Positions 44,126-52,086 of a DNA stretch of 52,086 nucleotides are shown here, piece after piece. The DNA lies in the IMG/VR virus record IMGVR_UViG_3300027362_000002, positions 1 through 52,086 of that record; one strand, written 5' to 3'. The stretch's first letter is position 1; each line of letters begins with the position of its first letter. Origin of the DNA: a virus (Duplodnaviria > Caudoviricetes). The position numbers were made by a program, and so were the translations under genes. Below the pieces are notes generated by a model. It searched no databases. It was given only the letters and a program-made list of their open reading frames with translations, and was not told the origin of the DNA.

Positions 44126-44190
44126 AGGCCAAACTCCTTTAGTAACAATGTTTGCACATGGCACGAAAAATCACATAGGTACAAACCCTA

Positions 44191-44691
44191 ATGCGCGTTG
44201 AACTGCAACTCCACGGACTAGAAGGCGTGCTGGCTACGTTGCAGTCGCTGCCGCCCGAAATCGTGAGCAAGCGCGGCGGGCCTGTGAAAGCTGCGTTACG
44301 TAAAGGCGCGCTAGTCATCCTCAAGGCTGAGCAGGCGAACCTCGCAGCGGTGACGGCCAATGCAACGGACGATGATAAGCGCTTGAGCACGGGCTTTTTG
44401 TCTAAAAACCTTATTGCCTCGCGCGGCAAGGCACCGACCAGTGGTAAAGGTGAACGCTACCTAGTGCGCGTGCGGCGCAAGACGTACCCTGATCGTAAAG
44501 GCAAGCCGGTAACGACACTCAAGGTTGCGCAACTCCTCGAATACGGTTCGAGTCAACAACCGGCCGAGCCGTGGATCAGGCCGGCGTTTCTGAGCAAAGC
44601 TGCCGATGCGATCCGCACCGTCGAGTCCGAGCTGGTCAAGGGCATCGATCGGATCGTCAAGAAGTTGGCGGCGCAAAACAAGGGTCGATGA
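44191..44691 (+). CDS. HK97 gp10-family tail-completion protein
   Basis: GL......L..L, ALRKGA, TG.L, LEYGS...PA.PW.RPAF. Confidence 0.9.
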   Translation: MRVELQLHGLEGVLATLQSLPPEIVSKRGGPVKAALRKGALVILKAEQANLAAVTANATDDDKRLSTGFLSKNLIASRGKAPTSGKGERYLVRVRRKTYPDRKGKPVTTLKVAQLLEYGSSQQPAEPWIRPAFLSKAADAIRTVESELVKGIDRIVKKLAAQNKGR

Positions 44692-44822
44692 TGCGGGTGC
44701 TGTTGCTTTTGTGTCTGTTGTCAGCTTGCGGCGGCGGCGATCCCGAAGAGCGCGAGGAGCAATTGGCCTGCGTCACATACTCGATCGAGGGTTCGGACGT
44801 TCCGGGCAAAATTTGTAGGTGA
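44688..44822 (+). CDS. Small lipoprotein
   Basis: MMRVLLLLCLLSA-CGGG lipobox; coupled to both neighbours. Confidence 0.65.
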   Translation: MMRVLLLLCLLSACGGGDPEEREEQLACVTYSIEGSDVPGKICR

Positions 44823-44825
44823 GTG

Positions 44826-45194
44826 ATGTTTCCACCAGTATTCCAGACACTGAAGGCTTCGGCTGACGTGAAAAACATCGTTGGATCGAATCCGCCTCGA
44901 ATCTACCGTCATGGTAGTGCGCCGCAGGACACATCGCGCCCGTATATCACATGGTCCGTCATCAGCGACGTACCGGAAAATCAATTGAGCGATCTGCCGA
45001 CAGCAGACAGATCGACTGTGCAAGTCGATTGCTGGCATCAGACTGATGCCGGTATTGAACTGCTGGCTGAAGCTGTGCGCGATGCGGTCGAACCATACGC
45101 ACATATGACAGGTATCCCGATCGACCTACGCGAGACCGAGACGAAACTTTTTCGGATAGGTCTGCAATTCGACTTTTGGGTAGGAAGAGAATAA
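44826..45194 (+). CDS. Tail terminator (DUF3168-like)
   Basis: RIY...APQ...PYITW, VQVDCW; correct position. Confidence 0.85.
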   Translation: MFPPVFQTLKASADVKNIVGSNPPRIYRHGSAPQDTSRPYITWSVISDVPENQLSDLPTADRSTVQVDCWHQTDAGIELLAEAVRDAVEPYAHMTGIPIDLRETETKLFRIGLQFDFWVGRE

Positions 45195-45203
45195 AATCTC
45201 TTC

Positions 45204-45839
45204 GTGCCGGCGATAAATGACACAGGAGTTAAGGTTTGCACACAGTGTGGTTTATGCAAACCATTTAATGATTTCTATCGTATACCGACTGGTCGTCCGA
45301 TGCCAGCGTGCAAGTCCTGTCATAAGGCATATGTAGCCGAAAGATATAGGTCTAATCCTGAAGTGCGCGCTAGCGTTATAGCTCGCTCGACATTGGCAAA
45401 CATAAAAGCCTCAGTCCGTCGATCTGAGCGTGCTGCTGCAAAGTATCGAGACGATAAGGCTACGCGCGAGCGGGTGGCGAGAAATCAACGTGAACGATAT
45501 CAGCGAACGAAGTCAGATCCACTTGACAAATTGCGGCGTGCTATCGGCTGCGGTTTAAGAAACTCGATCAGGCGAAACAAGTCTGGTCGCAAATGTTTTG
45601 ATGTAGTTGGCTATTCCGCTGAGGAACTGAAGGTTCACCTTGAGCGCCAGTTTGTTGGATCGATGTGTTGGGAAAACTATGGTGAATGGCACATTGATCA
45701 CATAACACCGGTTTCAGCATTCGATTTCACTATTGACCCATTAAACGTGGCAAGGAGAGTTTGGGCGCTTCCAAATCTGCGGCCACTTTGGAAGTTAGAG
45801 AACATGAAGAAACATGCGAAAGTGACGCTTCTTCTTTAG
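45204..45839 (+). CDS. HNH homing endonuclease with an N-terminal zinc finger
   Basis: KVCTQCG..K...F...CKSC; HLE.QF...M.WENYG.WHIDHI.P...NLRPLW..EN..K. Confidence 0.85.
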   Translation: MPAINDTGVKVCTQCGLCKPFNDFYRIPTGRPMPACKSCHKAYVAERYRSNPEVRASVIARSTLANIKASVRRSERAAAKYRDDKATRERVARNQRERYQRTKSDPLDKLRRAIGCGLRNSIRRNKSGRKCFDVVGYSAEELKVHLERQFVGSMCWENYGEWHIDHITPVSAFDFTIDPLNVARRVWALPNLRPLWKLENMKKHAKVTLLL

Positions 45840-45865
45840 GGATATTCGTATCAGTTCACCCCCCG

Positions 45866-45893
45866 AAGGGCCTCGATGAGGCCCTTTTTCTTT
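45866..45893 (+). terminator. Terminator-like hairpin before the tail tube gene
   Basis: AAGGGCCTC-GAT-GAGGCCCTT followed by TTTCTTT. Confidence 0.6.
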
Positions 45894-45907
45894 GTAGGAG
45901 GCCTATC

Positions 45908-46405
45908 ATGGCTGTAATTGATAATGCATTCGAAACCAAGGGCTCGCACCTCTACTTCGTCGACAGCTTGACGACAACAGATCCGACGGTGACGCAACTC
46001 AGTTGCCCAACTGGAATTACCGGGGTCAATGGCGGCACGAAAGACACGATCGACACGACGTGCCTCAGCAATATCACGTCTAAACGTACGTCGATAGGCG
46101 GCTTCGCCGACACGAGCGATGTATCGGTGCCGTTCATTCTCTACGCTGGAGACGGTTCGCATCAGGCGTTGTTCACGCTGCAAGAAGCGAATTCTCAAGT
46201 CAATTGGATGGTGGGTCTTAGCGACTCGGCTAACGCGCCGACTGTCGATACCGACAATCTGCTCGTTCCGCCGCCTGACCGCACGACGTTTCAGTTCGAC
46301 GCGACCATCTCAAACCTGACGATCGACTTAGCGACGAATGAAGTTGTCCGCGGCACCATGACGCTCAAGCCGAGCGGTGCGACCACTGTGCATTGGGCGG
46401 TGTGA
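45908..46405 (+). CDS. Major tail (tube) protein
   Basis: AGGAGG RBS; TKG..LYF, I.TTCL...G..D; correct position. Confidence 0.88.
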   Translation: MAVIDNAFETKGSHLYFVDSLTTTDPTVTQLSCPTGITGVNGGTKDTIDTTCLSNITSKRTSIGGFADTSDVSVPFILYAGDGSHQALFTLQEANSQVNWMVGLSDSANAPTVDTDNLLVPPPDRTTFQFDATISNLTIDLATNEVVRGTMTLKPSGATTVHWAV

Positions 46406-46785
46406 TGCTGAGCGAATCACTGTTCATCAGCGACACCATCCACGAGCGAGACGTTACGCTCTCAGACGGCAGCGTCCACAAGCTCTATTTCAAGGAGCTG
46501 CCGGCGATCGAGTTCCGGCGCTTCGCGCGGTACGAGCAGTCGAAGGACGAGGACGAGCAACTCGGTAGCATGGCGCGGCTCATCGCCGCGTCCCTGTGCG
46601 AGCCAGATGGTAAGTCGGCGCTGACGTACAAACAGGCGCTGAACCTCAAGTCATCGGCGGCGAATGCCATCGCTAATGTCGTGCTCGAAATCAACGGTGT
46701 AGGTGAAGCGGGAAAAGTCTTGCCGCCGGAGGAGAGCGATGGATCTGGCACGTCCTCGCCCTTGCGCTTGGCGGCCGGACAGTAG
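46405..46785 (+). CDS. Tail assembly chaperone (G-like)
   Basis: Between the tube and tape-measure genes; slippery site near its end. Confidence 0.85.
   Translation: MLSESLFISDTIHERDVTLSDGSVHKLYFKELPAIEFRRFARYEQSKDEDEQLGSMARLIAASLCEPDGKSALTYKQALNLKSSAANAIANVVLEINGVGEAGKVLPPEESDGSGTSSPLRLAAGQ
46710..46716 (+). other. Programmed -1 frameshift site G GGA AAA
   Basis: X XXY YYZ heptamer in the correct phase; the -1 frame is open to 47036. Confidence 0.85.
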
Positions 46786-47036
46786 CCGAGTGGCAGTCTG
46801 CGATGACCCAGGCCGAGTTCATGGCCTGGGTCGCGTTCTACCGTCAACAACCGTTTGACGATTTCCATCGCATCCACCGGCCCGCTGCGCTCATCGCGCG
46901 CAGCATCGGAGGCGGCGACGTGAAGGCCATGCTCGACTGGCTCGCACCCGAGCCTGTCCCGGAAGGCTATTCGGCGGCTGATGTGAAAACAATGGCGGCG
47001 TTCGGCGTGAAACCACCTATAGAAAAGAGAGCATGA
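46716..47036 (+). CDS. Tail assembly chaperone T portion (expressed as a G-T fusion)
   Basis: SLAAGGERWIWHVLALALGGRTVAEWQSAMTQAEFMAW...PF. Confidence 0.82.
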   Translation, partial: SLAAGGERWIWHVLALALGGRTVAEWQSAMTQAEFMAWVAFYRQQPFDDFHRIHRPAALIARSIGGGDVKAMLDWLAPEPVPEGYSAADVKTMAAFGVKPPIEKRA

Positions 47037-47037
47037 C

Positions 47038-49425
47038 ATGAGTTTAGGTTCGATCATCATCGATCTGTTGATGAAGACCGGCTCGTTCGAGACGGACACC
47101 AAGCGCGCAGAGAACAGCTTGAAACGTCTCAAGAAGACGGCCCAAGACTCAGGCAAAGGTATCCGCGATTCGTTCGCCGGTAACTTGCTTGCGGATCTGT
47201 CGCAACAGATCGGGCGCGCGCTGGTCAATGTGCCTCGCGAGATTCTTCGCGGTGTCGATGCCCTGAATGATCTGCGCGACGCTACTGGCGCGAGCATAGA
47301 AACTCTTAGCGCGCTAGAAGATGTTGGCGCACGGACGGGAACGTCATTCGATGGCATGGCCAGTTCTCTCGTCAAATTCAACAAGGCGCTGAGCGATGTA
47401 GACGGTAAGAACGAAGTTAGCCAAGTATTCAAGGCGCTAAGCCTTGACGCCGAAGCACTCAAGCGGGCAGACCCTGCGGAATCTCTTCGGCAAACGGCTG
47501 TTGCGTTGTCTCGGTTCGCAACTGACGGTGAGAAGGCGCGAGCGATCCAAGTACTGTTCGGCAAGAGCATTCGTGAGTCTGCGCCGTTCCTTGATGAGTT
47601 GGCGAAGCAGACGAAACTCGTCGGCACTGTCACCACGGAACAGGCGCAAGCGGTTGAAAAGTTCAACCAACAGATTTCATCGCTGCAAAAGAATGTGCTC
47701 GATGCCGCGCGCGCGTTTACGACTGATCTGATCCCTGCGCTCAACTCGTTTTTCAAGAATCTAAACGACGCAGGCGGTATCAGCGGAAGTATCGCGATGC
47801 GACTCGGCCTGAACGAGTCCGGTGTGCTCACGACGAAACTTAATACGCTTAACCAGCGTATTAACGTCGTTGGCGACAGCATCGTGCGAATGAACACCGA
47901 GTTCGAGCGCAGCGGTAAAAAGGATTCGTTGCTTTCGGAGCGCATCGATCATGCGCGCCTGAAATTGGCCGCGCTTCAGAGAGAAGCGGCCGGCGTATCA
48001 GATGCGCTAAAAGGTGTTGCGGACAAATTGGCACCACGCGAGCCTGGATTTTTGGGGCGTAGCAGGGTAGAGGGCGTCGCTCCGCTGCCGACGCTGCAAG
48101 TGCCGCCGGTTCCAAAATCAATCACCGGCTCCAAGGCTATCGGCGAAGCTCAACGCTACATCGAGGCTCTGCAAAAGCAGGTCGACAAGACGCGCGATCT
48201 ATCGGCTGCCGAGCAGACATTACTCGACATCCGGCGCGGACTCACAGGGCTTACTCCAGCGGGCGAGAAGCGGATCAAGGAACTGGCTGCGCTGATCGAC
48301 TCAGCCAAAGCTCTCAAAGACGAACAGCAGGCACGCGAGTCGGTTGTCGCATGGGTTCAGCGCCAGCAAGATGCGCTCGAATCCGAAACCGAAGCCATCA
48401 TCAACGGTAACGCTAGGCTGCGAGAAGAGATCGCACTCATCGGAGCCGAGGGAGAGGCGCGCGCTGCGATCATCAAGGCCCAGCAACAGGCGCTGATCAC
48501 AGAAAAGGAAGCTGCGCTCGCAGCGGAGTTAGCAGCGTCTGCCGAAAACGCCAGGACGAGAGCACTACGCGAGCAGGTTGTAGTGTTACGTGAACGCCAA
48601 TTGCTCACGACGCAAAAGGGCGACCAGGAGAACTTTGAACGCGTCAAGGATGAGATAAAGAAACTCGACGAGTCATTCAAATCGAGCACAACGCAAATGA
48701 GCGAGTTCGCTCTTGAGGCAAGCCGGAATATCCAAGACGCTCTAGGCGATACGTTATTCCGCTCGCTCAAGGGCGATTTCCAGTCGATCGGCCAACTGTG
48801 GTCAGACTTGATTCTCAGGATGATCGCGCAGGCGGCTGCCGCCAAACTCAATAAAGCGCTGTTCGGTGACGACTTGGTGAGTGGTCTTGTCGGCGCTCAA
48901 TTAAATCTAGCCTTGAGCGGTGGACAGCCGAAAACATCAACTACGGGAGACTTCGCACGCGAGGACAGGGCATTAGCTGATCTGACACGTTCGCTCGATT
49001 TGACGACTGAACAAGCACTCTCACTGATCAGGGCAACGAAGCCAACCACTGACGTAATGGGAGCACTGGCTGCGCAAACCAGTTTGGCCGGTGAAGCGCT
49101 ATCGCTCATCCCGATAATCATTCGGTCGTTTGGCGAATCTGCAAGTTCCGGTATCAGTTCAGCATTCGGGGCCATCTTGAATACTGTCATCGGCTCGTTT
49201 GGTTCGACCGCGACACCGACTACCGGCGATTTCGCGCGACTTGACCGTGCGCTGCCGCAATCTCTCTCCAAGACTGCGGACGGCGGCGTGAGCATCGTGC
49301 AAAACATCGCTGTTGGCTCCAACGTTAGCCGCAACGACGTGGTTAACGCGATGGTGGCTGCCAAAGAGCAGGCGAAAGCGGAAATTATCCAGCTTCAACG
49401 TAGCGGCCAGTTCGCAAACGTATGA
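47038..49425 (+). CDS. Tape measure protein
   Basis: MSLGSI.IDL...T..F start; long Ala/Leu helical ORF after G-T. Confidence 0.92.
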   Translation: MSLGSIIIDLLMKTGSFETDTKRAENSLKRLKKTAQDSGKGIRDSFAGNLLADLSQQIGRALVNVPREILRGVDALNDLRDATGASIETLSALEDVGARTGTSFDGMASSLVKFNKALSDVDGKNEVSQVFKALSLDAEALKRADPAESLRQTAVALSRFATDGEKARAIQVLFGKSIRESAPFLDELAKQTKLVGTVTTEQAQAVEKFNQQISSLQKNVLDAARAFTTDLIPALNSFFKNLNDAGGISGSIAMRLGLNESGVLTTKLNTLNQRINVVGDSIVRMNTEFERSGKKDSLLSERIDHARLKLAALQREAAGVSDALKGVADKLAPREPGFLGRSRVEGVAPLPTLQVPPVPKSITGSKAIGEAQRYIEALQKQVDKTRDLSAAEQTLLDIRRGLTGLTPAGEKRIKELAALIDSAKALKDEQQARESVVAWVQRQQDALESETEAIINGNARLREEIALIGAEGEARAAIIKAQQQALITEKEAALAAELAASAENARTRALREQVVVLRERQLLTTQKGDQENFERVKDEIKKLDESFKSSTTQMSEFALEASRNIQDALGDTLFRSLKGDFQSIGQLWSDLILRMIAQAAAAKLNKALFGDDLVSGLVGAQLNLALSGGQPKTSTTGDFAREDRALADLTRSLDLTTEQALSLIRATKPTTDVMGALAAQTSLAGEALSLIPIIIRSFGESASSGISSAFGAILNTVIGSFGSTATPTTGDFARLDRALPQSLSKTADGGVSIVQNIAVGSNVSRNDVVNAMVAAKEQAKAEIIQLQRSGQFANV

Positions 49426-50024
49426 CAACTTATTCGTGGCCCGCCGCGCTGTGTCCGAGTTCGATGGAATGGCGAATCAATCGGAGCGGAGCGCAGTTCC
49501 GGTCGCCGTTCAATGCCGCTCTACAGGCTATCGATTTCGTCGGGGACTGGTGGTCTGTGGCTTTCGCCGTACCTCCGAATCCAACTGCCGATGGCGTCGA
49601 TGCCGAATTGTTGTTGCAGTCTCTCGCTGGTGGCGGCAATCGGCTCGCGGTGTATCACTACACGCGGCCTATTCCTTTAGGGACCATGCGCGGATCACCT
49701 ACGGTGCAGACGCAGGCGGCTCGTGGCGATGCGCAACTCGTCCTCACAGTCACATCTGGGGCGACGCTCAAGGCGGGTGATTTCGTCAAGACCGGCGGAC
49801 AACTGTTCAGGGTCTACTCGGACTGCACCGCTGCCGCGACGACATTAACCGTTCCGCTCGTTAACCGAGTGCGCGCGACCATCGCCAGCGCTACGGCGGT
49901 GATCTGGGACAGCCCGACTATCGACATGATCATGCCGGAGATGAGTTTCGGACGAGTCTATGTGCCTAACCCTGGAGGCGCACTAGCTGAAGCGACGCAG
50001 TTCGCTCTTGAGGAGGCGCCGTAA
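49422..50024 (+). CDS. Distal tail protein
   Basis: Follows the tape measure gene; FRSPF...Q, LKAGD. Confidence 0.7.
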   Translation: MTTYSWPAALCPSSMEWRINRSGAQFRSPFNAALQAIDFVGDWWSVAFAVPPNPTADGVDAELLLQSLAGGGNRLAVYHYTRPIPLGTMRGSPTVQTQAARGDAQLVLTVTSGATLKAGDFVKTGGQLFRVYSDCTAAATTLTVPLVNRVRATIASATAVIWDSPTIDMIMPEMSFGRVYVPNPGGALAEATQFALEEAP

Positions 50025-50599
50025 TGCGCGACTTGCTCGCTGGCACGTTGACCGCGATCGCCGCAGGTACGGCAAAGCTCGTCCTGTTAATCGAGATGCA
50101 GTTCACGGGTGGAACTGTACGCCTTGCTACCTCACGGATGCCGATCGAGTATGACAGCCAGACGTGGGTTGCGATCGGAATGGCCGGTGCTATCGACGAA
50201 GTTGTGGATAAGGCTACCGAGATTTCGGCTCAGCGATTCACGCTCACAGGCTGCGATCCGGCCATCATGGCGATCGTGCTCGGCGAGCTTGTCCGAGGTC
50301 GTCCGGTGATCATCCGCGCTGCGTGGTTGGATGCTGATACTGAGGCGATCATCGAAGCGCCGATCATTTGGACAGGCAATCTCGATACTGCGCAACCGGT
50401 ACACGATCCAGTTAGTCAAACGGCGAGCGTTTCTGTGGTCGCCAACCATCGTGGCGTGTTATTCAACCGCGCCAAGCCCCTCCGGTACACGCACGCCGAT
50501 CAGCAAAGAGTAGTTCCGGGCGATATGTGCTTGGAGTACATCGTAAGTCAATCTAGTAAGCAGGACGTGTGGCCGTCTGCATCGTTTGGGCAGCAATGA
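50024..50599 (+). CDS. Minor tail / hub protein
   Basis: RYT..DQQ...PGD..LEY...W C-terminus; correct position. Confidence 0.7.
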   Translation: MRDLLAGTLTAIAAGTAKLVLLIEMQFTGGTVRLATSRMPIEYDSQTWVAIGMAGAIDEVVDKATEISAQRFTLTGCDPAIMAIVLGELVRGRPVIIRAAWLDADTEAIIEAPIIWTGNLDTAQPVHDPVSQTASVSVVANHRGVLFNRAKPLRYTHADQQRVVPGDMCLEYIVSQSSKQDVWPSASFGQQ

Positions 50600-51009
50600 G
50601 CCGCATTCATCACTGGCAGTCTGCCCTCGCTGCGCTCATTGCGCGCCGCATGGAGGTTCCGTTCGAGTGGGGTAAACATGATTGTGCGTTATGGGCCGCT
50701 GACGCCGTACAGGCCGTGACCGGCGACGATCCCGCTAACGATCTGCGCGGCACGTACTCGACGCCAACTCAAGCGGCCGACATCATGCGCAGCTCAGGCG
50801 GCCTTACATCGCTCGCTGATAGCAAACTCGGGCCACGCATCAAGCCGACATTCGCTCAATCCGGAGATATCGTGCTGTGTGTCGTCAATGGCCGTGAAGC
50901 ACTTGCCGTCTGCACTGGCAGGCACATCATGGCGCAAGGAGAGTCTGGCCTCGTCGCTGTGCCGATGTCGTCGGCTGCGCTGGCGTGGCGATGCACTAGG
51001 GGCGACTGA
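50596..51009 (+). CDS. NlpC/P60-like tail assembly protein
   Basis: PFEWG.HDCAL.AAD.V.A.TG.D, A..GD. Confidence 0.8.
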   Translation: MSRIHHWQSALAALIARRMEVPFEWGKHDCALWAADAVQAVTGDDPANDLRGTYSTPTQAADIMRSSGGLTSLADSKLGPRIKPTFAQSGDIVLCVVNGREALAVCTGRHIMAQGESGLVAVPMSSAALAWRCTRGD

Positions 51010-52086
51010 TGCCGGCGATCATCCCGTTCATCCCGGCGATCGTCGGTGCTATTGCGCTCGAGTACGGGGTGATAGCTGCCGCTGCCGCTGCTTTAGTTGC
51101 CTCAATCCCAGTAGGTGACTATCAGCGGCGCAGGGCGCAGCGCAAAGCGCGGGACGCGTTCAATGCAAGTCTGAGAGATCGGCTCGTCATGACGGCCGTG
51201 TCGGACGCGGCCCGCGGTCGGTGCTATGGCCGCGTGCGCAACTGTGACGGCGTGATATTCAAGGCTACCCACGGCACACAGAGCGAGTTCTACACGTTGG
51301 TTCTCGCGCTCTCGGCAGGAGAGATAGACGCTGTTGAGCAAATCTGGCTCAATGATATCGTCGTTCACAACGAGTCGCCAGATGCGCCGAGTTCTGCGCC
51401 GCTTCTCAGCCCAACAGGATATGTCCAAGTCGCCCCTTATCTGAGGGAGGATTTCAGCAGTGAGTTTGCGACGATTCAGATCGTCGCCGGTAATGGATCG
51501 GTGGCGCTGGCTAATGAGCCGATAGAGGGCTCGGTATGGATATACATAGTCACCAATCCTGGAACAGATGCAGCAGAAGTAACTCATATTACGTCATTCG
51601 CGGTTGAAGGCTCTACGGTAACCGTGACGGATGCCATTATCGATGGGTTAGCGTCCGTCGTCTATCAAGCGGTGGCCGGCACACAGTACGTGCGTATCCG
51701 GCCATATCTTGGGGTTTCAGGTCAGGACATCAGCGCCGAACTCGATGCGCTGGTGCCGACGCTCATCAATACGGGCCAGCATCGGTTCGACAAAATCGCG
51801 CTACTGCTGGCGACGCTCGAATACACGCAGGATGCATTCCCGGCTGGTGTTCCACAAATCACTGCTGTAGTTCGTGGTGCGAAGTGTTTGGACCCGCGCG
51901 ATGACAGTGTTGCGTGGACGGAAAATCCCGCCCTGATCGCTCTTGATTGGGCGATGTATGAATTCGGCGGGAACCTGAGTGCCGACGAAATCGACATCCA
52001 GTCGTTCATTGACGCTGCAAATGCGTGTGATGTCCCGACGACATTTAACGTCAAGTACATCAGAGACGGGGATGAGGTCATCCCGA
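51009..52086 (+). CDS. Tail tip / host-specificity protein, 5' part (absent from the ORF track because it runs off the end)
   Basis: ATG overlaps the upstream TGA; YGRVR, GEIDAVEQIWLND, VRGAK..DPR....WTENPAL...D. Confidence 0.88.
   Translation, partial: MPAIIPFIPAIVGAIALEYGVIAAAAAALVASIPVGDYQRRRAQRKARDAFNASLRDRLVMTAVSDAARGRCYGRVRNCDGVIFKATHGTQSEFYTLVLALSAGEIDAVEQIWLNDIVVHNESPDAPSSAPLLSPTGYVQVAPYLREDFSSEFATIQIVAGNGSVALANEPIEGSVWIYIVTNPGTDAAEVTHITSFAVEGSTVTVTDAIIDGLASVVYQAVAGTQYVRIRPYLGVSGQDISAELDALVPTLINTGQHRFDKIALLLATLEYTQDAFPAGVPQITAVVRGAKCLDPRDDSVAWTENPALIALDWAMYEFGGNLSADEIDIQSFIDAANACDVPTTFNVKYIRDGDEVIP
51960..52086. repeat. Terminal direct repeat, right copy
   Basis: Identical to 1-127. 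Confidence 0.97.

Noticed and set aside
46485-47945. Long antisense ORFs (also 25306-26133, 29050-29751 and 19935-20651)
   Set aside because: Shadow frames of GC-rich genes on the opposite strand, with no RBS or recognisable motifs.
1-52086. Stop-codon reassignment
   Set aside because: Core genes are full length in the standard code and end in TAA, TAG and TGA at expected positions.

Overview
A complete, circularly permuted genome of a long-tailed dsDNA phage with an HK97-type head. Bases 1-127 are identical to 51960-52086, which is best read as an assembly overlap and gives a unit length of 51,959 bp. The host is Gram-negative (Rz/Rz1 spanins) and probably a betaproteobacterium (inference). 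Layout: tail tip and tailspike (51009 wrapping to 3332); lysis (3442-5572); a leftward early block (5468-17735) with ERF, SSB, NinB, a Ref-like HNH, a PD-(D/E)XK nuclease and an IbrA/IbrB-like PAPS-reductase plus ParB pair; about 1.3 kb of strongly structured, mostly non-coding DNA (17800-19120) ahead of a short initiator-like gene; a Q-like antiterminator; HNH, cos and terS; an inverted PLD-nuclease cassette; terL; fused protease-capsid; portal; about 9 kb of fibre or decoration-like genes; neck genes interrupted by three glycosyltransferase-like and four methyltransferase-like genes; and a standard siphoviral tail. I recognise no integrase, CI-type repressor, polymerase, tRNA or CRISPR array. 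The best leads are: (1) the glycosyltransferase/methyltransferase island in the virion operon; (2) a promoter-led array of three stem-closed ncRNA cassettes with an upstream switch-like RNA; (3) a solitary integron attC site; (4) the IbrAB-like module, whose MazG-like gene is broken by a palindrome-perfecting frameshift; (5) a dispersed TAGG-N-AACCCTA motif next to promoters and inserted genes. All family calls come from motifs read by eye; no database search was run.
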